A DNA stretch of 64,000 nt from Patescibacteria group bacterium (lineage in GTDB: Bacteria; Patescibacteriota; Patescibacteriia; Patescibacteriales; JAQTRU01): the NCBI GenBank assembly GCA_028716725.1, contig JAQUPG010000001.1:47660-111659 (forward strand). Direction: 5' to 3'. The notes beneath the pieces were generated by a model. That model did no database searches. It saw only the letters and a program-made list of their open reading frames with translations, and was not told the origin of the DNA. Shown here one piece after another: positions 25,664 to 32,452 of the stretch. The position numbers and the translations under genes were made by a program. Positions within the stretch are counted from its first letter, which is position 1. Each line of letters begins with the position of its first letter.

Positions 25664-28600
25664 CTATGTTTGTTTCTTTTTTTGGACAATGAAAATGACA
25701 AAAAGCAAAATCCCGACAATCATGATTAGGGCGGCGATGATAATATAATACTTTATTAAGTTTCCCGTCTGGCTCGTGGGCGTAACCGGGGCGACCGTTT
25801 CCGAGATGAAGTCTCCGACTGAAGCCGCTTTCGCTTCCTGGATGAAGAAACTCAAAGGGTTGCTCTTAGAAACAATTTTGCCGGTATTATCATTTAAGGC
25901 CACATAAACTTCATGCTCGCCCTCAATCAAAGACTGGGTAAAATCGTATTGCCAGTTTCCGTATTCATCGGCCTTTACCGTCGCGACCAAGGGCAAATCA
26001 GAATAAAGATAAAGAGTTATCGTGCTGCCTGCTTCCGCTATACCCGCGAGGCTATAGCCTTTATTTAAATTGTTCTCATCCAGAATGTTATCAACACTGT
26101 CAACGGACAAATTTTCCGAAACTTCGCCTTCGGATTTAGGCTGGCTTAATTTTTTATTGGCCATAATAGCCTCCTCGATCGGGGAAAGGACGTTTCCCAA
26201 ATTTCCTTCTCCAGAGGGGTTATAATTGTTTTTCACTTCGGCGCCGTCATCATAACCGTCTCCGTCCGTATCTGCCTTTTGGGGGTCAGTGCCCAATCTT
26301 TTTTCCATATCATCAGGCAGCCCGTCCTGGTCGCTGTCAATCATTAAGGCCATGGGCGCGGTCTGGATTAAATTGTCGCCGTCGTCAAGAGTTAATTTTC
26401 CCTCCATGCCCAAAACTTTCAAACCGGCTTTTCCCTCTTTTAAGGGCATCATCCCTTTAGCCACATCCAGACTGGCTGTCAGTTCTTCCTGGGTGACAGA
26501 GCCGCCGGCCAGATGAACCGCTTTTTCTTCAAGCTCCTGATATTGGACCTGGGTGGCTACAATATTCCCCAGATGCCTTTCTTTTATGGAATTTTTGCAT
26601 TGCCAGTCGTCTATCCCCTGGCAGACTACTTGCGGTGCGTATTTGCTAAACATGAAATCCTGGCATTTTGCGTCATCTTCTATGCCGGCCGCTAAGCATT
26701 CTTTCGGCCCGTATTTTTTAAACATTATTTTATCGCAATCACTCCTTGTTTTTGCCCCGGTCTGCTGGCATTCTTTCGGCATATTCTTTTGCTGCATATA
26801 AAGTTCGCATTTTCCCTCATCCGTTATGCCCTGATCCTGGCATTCTTTCGGCATATACATTTTTCTCATTACTTTATCGCAATCCGTGGAATTAGTGGCT
26901 CCGGCTTTTTGGCATTCTATCGGAAGTTGATCAGCCGGAACTTTTTCCGCTCCGCCGTATTTTTCAAACATGTATTTTTTACAGGCCTCCATGGTTGAAA
27001 TTCCGGCTTCCTTGCAGTCGGTTGGAGCGGATTTTTCAAACATAAATTTTTCGCATTTATCCGGAGTGCTGATTCCGGCATCTATACATTCCTTAGGGGC
27101 GTTTTTTTTAAATAATATTTTACTGCACTCTTCCGCAGAACTCGCTCCGGCTTGCCGGCACTCTTCCGGCAGGCCCACTTCTTTAATTTCGGTTCCCTGT
27201 TCCGTTTTCACCTCAACCTTTACCAGGACATTCAGGTTGCTGGCTTTTCCCCGTAAAATGTAGTCGCATTCTTCCATAGTTGTTACCCCCGCCTCCCGGC
27301 ATTCCGGCGCCATAAAGTTTTGGGCCATGTATTTATCGCAAGCGGCCTGGTCGGTAATTTTGGCTTTTTCACATTCCGGCGATAACCGTACCTGAATTTT
27401 TACAAGTTTATCGCATTCCTCCCTGCTTTTTACTTGCGCCTTTTGGCATTCGGTCGGCATGCTGTTCAGAAATATTATATTATTGCATTCTTCCGGCGTG
27501 GTTACTTGCGCCTTTTGGCATTCGGTCGGCATGGAAAATCTATATGAATATTTTTTGCATTCTTCCTGGTCTAAAATTCCCTTCTCTCGGCATTGGGGCG
27601 GGATAGCCATATATTTATTGCATTCATCTTGCGAAAGCAACCCTTTGTCTCGGCACTCCGGAGGAATGGCTTTAAATTTTTGGCATTCTTCCTGCGAAAG
27701 CAGGCCTCTTTCCCGGCAATCAGGCGGGATATTCATAAATCTCTGGCATTCTTCTATGGAAGTAATATTATTTTTTTTACATTCCGGAAGAAGTTCCGGC
27801 TGGACCTGGGGTACCATTGGTTGTGGTTGCTTTTCCATTATTTCCGGATTCATCGGCTGGGTCGGCGGGAGGAGATTATTTGGTGATGTTCCGTTATTAA
27901 TAATCTGGATGCTGAAAGACCGGGAAGTTTTTATGGTTCCGGCTAATCTGGCATTGGCTGTAATTTTGTAGTAGCCATTAGGAAAACTAGGCGTATTCCA
28001 CATAAAATAATATTGCCGGTTATTATCGCGGATGCCATTATATTTATAGCTTTTTGGTCCTTCAATGGAAAAATCCACTCCGTCCACATCTTTGTTTAAA
28101 GAAGCCGTAACCCTTTTTTCGCCAGTTAGAGGCGGCTGGAAAGCTTCCATAAAAGTAATTTCGTAAGAAGTAGTTGAATCGGCGGGTTTGGTTGATAAAT
28201 CAACTGGCGCAGTGGGCGTAATGGGCGTAGCGGGTGTAGGATTAGTAAGATTATTTGGCGTTTTTAGAGTAGAATTTTCAACCGTAACATCTATTTGTTT
28301 TAAGGCATCAATATAACCGCTTTTTTTTGCCGAAGCTTTAATAGTGTACTGGCCATTAGAAACCGATGCCGTATCCCAGATAAAAGAATAAGTATTATTG
28401 CCCTTAGAAATCGCATTGGATTTTTTTATCTCCGCCCCGTCTTTATAAATATAAAAAACTACCTCCGCAGCTTCGCTGGTTCTCACGGAAAAATTGGGCT
28501 GGCCGGAAAGTCTCATCGGCGGAGAAAGAAATTCCAGAGTCAGAATATAATGGGTGGAAGTATCAGTCGTGTCGGTAATTATATCCTGGAATATAATATT

Positions 28601-29218
28601 GGAATCGCTGGCGGAAGGGGTTGTGTTTACAGCGGGGTTAGCGGCGTTTAGATTGTTTTTAACATCAACAAAGATCTGGTCATAATCATAGGTAAAAGTT
28701 TCCTGGCCCGCAGTATCGTTTCTGGTAACATAGCTGTTGGAGTCAATAATGTAAGAACCGTCAGCTACGGTTGTCGTATCCCAGGTAGCACTAAGCAAAC
28801 CATTTTGCCAAAACATCGGCAAATCTTTTTTAATGACGGTGCCAGCTCTGTTGCTGATATTCAGAGAAGCCTTAGCATCGCTTAAAGAAGGCTTAACCTG
28901 GATATTAATTTTTCCTGAAACCGTGGCGCCTGAAGCCGGGCTGGTAATTTTGGCTGTTAGCTCTACGGGGGTATAAGTAGTAGTATTTGTCGTTGAAGTA
29001 TCAGTGGTGGTGTCTGAAGTTGGGGCAATATAAGTCGTGGTATCTATCGTTGGAGTTGTGTAAGTTGTGGTTGTTGAGGGGGCGGTGTAATAAGTATTAT
29101 CAGTGCTTGTTTGAGCTTGCCCGGCTAAGACGGGGATAAATAAAAAAACCGCCTGATTTAATATCAAAATAGCGGTCAAGAAAATGTTAATAGATTTTGA
29201 TTGGGTTAGCCTCCTCAT
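25664..29218 (-). CDS. large surface protein: signal peptide, Thr-rich linker, Ig-like domains, ~20 Cys-pair repeats, TSP3-like Ca-binding repeats, C-terminal TM anchor
   Basis: 1184 aa. Three W-D/N-T..NG.Y.I Ig-like modules are present. A repeated P-x-E-C-x3-G-x6-C-x-K-x-M motif occupies roughly residues 478-905. DSDQDGLPDD..DTDGDGYDDG follows, and the final hydrophobic helix ends in KKKQT. Confidence 0.85.
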   Translation of the reverse strand: MRRLTQSKSINIFLTAILILNQAVFLFIPVLAGQAQTSTDNTYYTAPSTTTTYTTPTIDTTTYIAPTSDTTTDTSTTNTTTYTPVELTAKITSPASGATVSGKINIQVKPSLSDAKASLNISNRAGTVIKKDLPMFWQNGLLSATWDTTTVADGSYIIDSNSYVTRNDTAGQETFTYDYDQIFVDVKNNLNAANPAVNTTPSASDSNIIFQDIITDTTDTSTHYILTLEFLSPPMRLSGQPNFSVRTSEAAEVVFYIYKDGAEIKKSNAISKGNNTYSFIWDTASVSNGQYTIKASAKKSGYIDALKQIDVTVENSTLKTPNNLTNPTPATPITPTAPVDLSTKPADSTTSYEITFMEAFQPPLTGEKRVTASLNKDVDGVDFSIEGPKSYKYNGIRDNNRQYYFMWNTPSFPNGYYKITANARLAGTIKTSRSFSIQIINNGTSPNNLLPPTQPMNPEIMEKQPQPMVPQVQPELLPECKKNNITSIEECQRFMNIPPDCRERGLLSQEECQKFKAIPPECRDKGLLSQDECNKYMAIPPQCREKGILDQEECKKYSYRFSMPTECQKAQVTTPEECNNIIFLNSMPTECQKAQVKSREECDKLVKIQVRLSPECEKAKITDQAACDKYMAQNFMAPECREAGVTTMEECDYILRGKASNLNVLVKVEVKTEQGTEIKEVGLPEECRQAGASSAEECSKILFKKNAPKECIDAGISTPDKCEKFMFEKSAPTDCKEAGISTMEACKKYMFEKYGGAEKVPADQLPIECQKAGATNSTDCDKVMRKMYMPKECQDQGITDEGKCELYMQQKNMPKECQQTGAKTRSDCDKIMFKKYGPKECLAAGIEDDAKCQDFMFSKYAPQVVCQGIDDWQCKNSIKERHLGNIVATQVQYQELEEKAVHLAGGSVTQEELTASLDVAKGMMPLKEGKAGLKVLGMEGKLTLDDGDNLIQTAPMALMIDSDQDGLPDDMEKRLGTDPQKADTDGDGYDDGAEVKNNYNPSGEGNLGNVLSPIEEAIMANKKLSQPKSEGEVSENLSVDSVDNILDENNLNKGYSLAGIAEAGSTITLYLYSDLPLVATVKADEYGNWQYDFTQSLIEGEHEVYVALNDNTGKIVSKSNPLSFFIQEAKAASVGDFISETVAPVTPTSQTGNLIKYYIIIAALIMIVGILLFVIFIVQKKKQT

Positions 29219-29347
29219 ATTTTTAGTTGTTAACTTTCTGGAAAATTGGGGATAATTTTTCAGATAAGTTTCTTAGTTTATATATGTTTGTCCTTTTTAT
29301 ATTATAACATATCAGCTTTTTTTCTGCCAGAATAAACTATAAGTGGT

Positions 29348-29375
29348 TTGACAAAATTATTTTTTAGTGTAAGAT
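29348..29375 (+). promoter_or_regulatory. possible promoter of 29419..29652
   Basis: TTGACA at 29348-29353, a 16-nt spacer, TAAGAT at 29370-29375. Confidence 0.45.
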
Positions 29376-29418
29376 AGTAAAAACCCAGGAAAATATTTTT
29401 TTGAGAGGAGGGAGAAAG

Positions 29419-29652
29419 ATGCCAGAAGCAGAAGAAACCACAAAAATTACCTTTAAGCCTTTAAAGGGTGGTTGGTTCAAATGCAACCAGACTGGAGACA
29501 GGGTCCGGGCCGGACAGACTAAAACCTACAGAAGAAATAAGCTTGGTGGAAGGCCGAAAAAAGACAAAATTCCGCCACGGCCTGTGAGAGAACCGGTTTC
29601 GTCCATTAGCCAGCCGTCAAGACGATTCTTTTTTTCCTCATCGCGCTGGTGA
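29419..29652 (+). CDS. small basic hypothetical protein, 77 aa
   Basis: ATG with a strong SD (gagaGGAGGGAGaaag); Lys/Arg/Pro-rich; followed by a terminator at 29684-29714. Confidence 0.5.
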   Translation: MPEAEETTKITFKPLKGGWFKCNQTGDRVRAGQTKTYRRNKLGGRPKKDKIPPRPVREPVSSISQPSRRFFFSSSRW

Positions 29653-29683
29653 TAAAATTAGATGAAACATTTTGGAAAACAAA

Positions 29684-29714
29684 ATGCCTTGAGATTAATC
29701 TTAAGGCATTTTTC
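29684..29714 (+). terminator. rho-independent terminator
   Basis: atgccttgagatt/aatcttaaggcat near-perfect palindrome followed by a T-run. Confidence 0.8.
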
Positions 29715-29730
29715 ATTTTTTAAAATTTTT

Positions 29731-29748
29731 TGTAGTCCCTAGGGGAAT
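29731..29748 (-). repeat. 18-nt duplicate of the tRNA-Glu 3' end (att-like direct repeat)
   Basis: tgtagtccctaggggaat is identical to 29948-29965, which covers the last 15 nt of tRNA-Glu, the discriminator and 2 nt beyond. Confidence 0.85.
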
Positions 29749-29949
29749 TCCGCCTCGTCCCGCCTTCCGGCGGGACTTCGTTGTCCTGGGCAGCGCCGAG
29801 TCCTGCGCCAGCTCGGACTCGTCGATGCTCGACAGCGTTTCTCGCCGACCGAATTTTAGCTCGAAACTTGTCTCGCTTCTGCCCGTTCGATTCCCCCGGT
29901 GATAAACACCATAATTTAAAAAACGGGATGAACCCGTTTTTAAATTATG

Positions 29950-30021
29950 TAGTCCCTAGGGGAATCGAACCCCTGTTACCAGGATGAAAACCTGATGTCC
30001 TAACCACTAGACGAAGGGACC
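29950..30021 (-). tRNA. tRNA-Glu (UUC)
   Basis: Cloverleaf read by hand: acceptor GGTCCCT/AGGGACT, anticodon loop TTTTCAT, T-arm AGGGG-TTCGATT-CCCCT. It closely resembles canonical bacterial tRNA-Glu. Confidence 0.9.
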
Positions 30022-30117
30022 TTAAAATTAAAACACCCCGAGAACTAGGGATGGATTTTTTGAGGAAAGTATGGTAATACTAAGAATAGTTTATATAATT
30101 TTTTAGTTTTAGTCAAG

Positions 30118-31242
30118 ATGAAAATATTGGGCATAGAAACCAGTTGTGATGAAACTGCCGCGGCTATTGTTGAGGGTAAAAAGGTAGGGACACAAAATTT
30201 TGTGTCCGTACAATCTAATGTGGTTTCTTCGCAAATAGAAATCCATAAAAAATACGGGGGCGTAGTGCCGGAAGTAGCAGCCCGGGAGCATGTTTTAAAT
30301 ATTTTGCCCGTAGTTAACGAAGCTTTGGAAAAAGCAGACCTCACCCCCCGCCCCCCTCTCCTAGGCAGGAGAGGGGGAGCAAAGGGGAGAGGTATAGACG
30401 TTATTGCCGTTACAGTCGGGCCGGGTTTAATAACCTCTTTAATGGTTGGCGTAGAAACTGCCAAAATTTTGTCTTATGTGTGGAATATTCCTTTGGTAGG
30501 TGTAAACCACATTGAGGGACATATTTACGCTAACTTCGTTAGCGTAAATTCCAAATTCCAAATTCCAAATTCCAAACAAATCCAAAATTCAAAATCCCAA
30601 ATTTCAAATATAAAGTTTCCGGCATTGATTTTGACAGTTTCCGGGGGGCATACGATGTTGGTTTTAATGGCTGGGCATGGAAAGTATAAAATAATTGGGG
30701 AAACACGGGATGACGCGGCCGGGGAGGCGTTTGATAAAGCGGCTAAACTTTTGGGCGTTGGTTATCCCGGAGGACCGGCAATCGCCGCTTACGCGGCTAA
30801 GTCAAAAGTCAAAAGTCAAAAGTCAAAAGTTTCTTTACCTAGGCCGATGATAAATTCAAATGATTATGATTTTTCTTTTTCCGGCTTAAAGACCGCTTTG
30901 CTTTATAAATTAAAAAAGGATAAAATATGGAAGAAGAAAATTCCGGAATATTGCGCCGAATTTCAGCAGGCCGTAATTGATGTTTTAATTGCCAAAACCG
31001 TTAAAGCCGTCCGGGATTTTAAGGTAAAAACCATAATGCTTTCCGGCGGTGTAGCGGCTAATCAGGAATTGCGCCGGCAGATGAAAGAAAAAATTGAAGT
31101 TTTAATACCTGATTTGAAATATACGACCGATAACGCGGCCATGATCGCTACTGCCGGTTATTTCCATGCCTTAAAAAAAGATTTTATCCCCTGGCAGAAA
31201 ATAAAAGTTGATCCTAATTTAGAATTATCAGCCAGAGGCTGA
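30118..31242 (+). CDS. tsaD: tRNA N6-adenosine threonylcarbamoyltransferase TsaD, carrying three repeat-derived in-frame insertions
   Basis: MKILGIETSCDETAAAI.., HIEGH metal site, GGVAAN and TDNAAMI motifs. Extra segments are encoded at 30338-30392, 30546-30612 and 30801-30829. Confidence 0.9.
   Translation: MKILGIETSCDETAAAIVEGKKVGTQNFVSVQSNVVSSQIEIHKKYGGVVPEVAAREHVLNILPVVNEALEKADLTPRPPLLGRRGGAKGRGIDVIAVTVGPGLITSLMVGVETAKILSYVWNIPLVGVNHIEGHIYANFVSVNSKFQIPNSKQIQNSKSQISNIKFPALILTVSGGHTMLVLMAGHGKYKIIGETRDDAAGEAFDKAAKLLGVGYPGGPAIAAYAAKSKVKSQKSKVSLPRPMINSNDYDFSFSGLKTALLYKLKKDKIWKKKIPEYCAEFQQAVIDVLIAKTVKAVRDFKVKTIMLSGGVAANQELRRQMKEKIEVLIPDLKYTTDNAAMIATAGYFHALKKDFIPWQKIKVDPNLELSARG
30338..30392. 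repeat. nested GC-rich palindromic element (copy C), inside the tsaD reading frame
   Basis: CCTCACCCCCCGCCCCCCTCTCCTAGGCAGGAGAGGGGGAGCAAAGGGGAGAGG, translated as LTPRPPLLGRRGGAKGRG. Confidence 0.85.
30546..30612 (+). repeat. heptamer tandem repeat (AAATTCC x4 plus degenerate units) inside tsaD
   Basis: Four exact units at 30546-30573, then aaacaaatcc/aaaattc/aaaatccc/aaatttc. It encodes NSKFQIPNSKQIQNSKSQISNIK. Confidence 0.85.
30801..30829 (+). repeat. heptamer tandem repeat GTCAAAA x4 inside tsaD
   Basis: Exact 4 units encoding KSKVKSQKSKV. A related GTCAAAAGTCGAAA array is coding in the Elp3-like gene at 53415-53443. Confidence 0.85.
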
Positions 31243-31299
31243 TCAGCCCGCTTAGACAAGTTGGCGAGATTGGCCCTAGGCTGAAAATAATTTAATCTT

Positions 31300-31626
31300 A
31301 TGTTAAGTAAAGATTTTATCCAAAAAATGAAAACCAAGCTGGAAGAGGAAAGGAGGGCGGTAGCCGAAAAAATTTTAAAATTGAAAAAGCCGGAAGTTGA
31401 CGAGGATAATCCTGACCTTGACGATTTGGGCCATGACGCGGCCGATGATATTTTAGAAGATTCTCTTTTGTCGGTCCATGAAGAGATTTTAGAAAAGATA
31501 GATAACGCTTTGGCAAGAATAGCCGACGGCACTTACGGGGTTTGCCTTAAATGCGGGAAACAAGTAGGAGAAGAAGATTTGGCTAAAGAGCCTTGGGCCG
31601 AACATTGCCGTGTTTGCGGAAAGTAA
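31300..31626 (+). CDS. DksA/TraR-family C4 zinc-finger protein
   Basis: 108 aa with a coiled-coil N-terminus and CLKCGKQVGEEDLAKEPWAEHCRVC (CxxC-x17-CxxC). Confidence 0.8.
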   Translation: MLSKDFIQKMKTKLEEERRAVAEKILKLKKPEVDEDNPDLDDLGHDAADDILEDSLLSVHEEILEKIDNALARIADGTYGVCLKCGKQVGEEDLAKEPWAEHCRVCGK

Positions 31627-31635
31627 ATTTTTCAG

Positions 31636-31701
31636 GGTGTTCAAACACCCTAGCCTCCTTCGCCAAAGTAGCTACGGAGGCTGAGTAGGGTGTTTGACAC
31701 C
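31636..31701. repeat. long imperfect hairpin (~23-bp arms) after the dksA-like gene
   Basis: ggtgttcaaacaccctagcctcc ... ggaggctgagtagggtgtttgacacc, with no T-run. Confidence 0.7.
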
Positions 31702-31717
31702 TGGTTTAAATAACCGT

Positions 31718-31746
31718 TTGACTTACTTTTAAAATTAGCGTAATAT
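31718..31746 (+). promoter_or_regulatory. promoter of 31856..32329
   Basis: TTGACT at 31718-31723, a 17-nt spacer, TAATAT at 31741-31746. Confidence 0.7.
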
Positions 31747-31855
31747 TTGATTTACAAAAGTCCCCGGAAAAACAAAACCAAAAACTCCGAAGTCCGGGAC
31801 AACAAGTGAAATCCGGGCAAAGAAAGGCAGCCTAGACTGCTAAAGGAGGATTAAA

Positions 31856-32329
31856 ATGAAAATCACAGTCGATTCGGAAATCCAGGGTAAGACAGGGGGA
31901 AAAATCAATTTAACACAGGTAACATTAGTGGAATGCGTTGAGATTGCTTCCAGGTTTTTTTCCCTTCTTGATCTTTCTATTGTGGAGTCTTTTGAAATTG
32001 TGAAGATAACTTTTCACTATGGAAGGAGCAACCTGATATTCGCTCATTTTTTGATAATCTTAAATTTTCTCAAGGAAGACTTTCATGGATTGGGGAAAAT
32101 TGAAACAACAGCCTCTTTAGATTTACAAGAAAGAAAGAGTTTATGGTTTGAAGGGAAGGTTGAAGGCAAAGCAGCCGAGGTGGGATTTAAAATTATTTTA
32201 GAAGATGGAGGAAACCATGGGGTTGCTTTGGGTTTAAAAAAGGGGCTAGCAAAAATAACATTGAATAGGGCCCGCCTTATTAAGGCCTTAGCTAATGATC
32301 TGGAAGAAAGGGGGAGGAAAACTGAATAA
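31856..32329 (+). CDS. hypothetical protein, 157 aa, unrecognised family
   Basis: Strong SD (ctaaAGGAGGattaaa) with its own promoter and terminator. The transcript ends carry a perfect 14-nt inverted repeat (31760-31773 and 32351-32364). Confidence 0.7.
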   Translation: MKITVDSEIQGKTGGKINLTQVTLVECVEIASRFFSLLDLSIVESFEIVKITFHYGRSNLIFAHFLIILNFLKEDFHGLGKIETTASLDLQERKSLWFEGKVEGKAAEVGFKIILEDGGNHGVALGLKKGLAKITLNRARLIKALANDLEERGRKTE

Positions 32330-32370
32330 GCTTAATAGTATTTAAAAATCGTTTTTCCGGGGACAAAAAA

Positions 32371-32401
32371 GTCGTGTTTATTTGATAGACACGACTTTTT
32401 T
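32371..32401 (+). terminator. terminator of 31856..32329
   Basis: gtcgtgt-ttatttgatag-acacgac followed by a T-run. Confidence 0.8.
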
Positions 32402-32407
32402 AATATT

Positions 32408-32422
32408 TTTTTATATTATTTT
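32408..32422. repeat. dispersed AT word (reverse-complement exact copy)
   Basis: tttttatattatttt is the reverse complement of AAAATAATATAAAAA. Confidence 0.8.
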
Positions 32423-32452
32423 ATTTTTACCTGTCCCGCCCCGGCGGTGATA

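Noticed and set aside
29781-29987. 68-aa ORF across the GC-rich insert
   Set aside because: It runs into the tRNA-Glu gene, has no SD, and the region is better explained as structured or repeat DNA.
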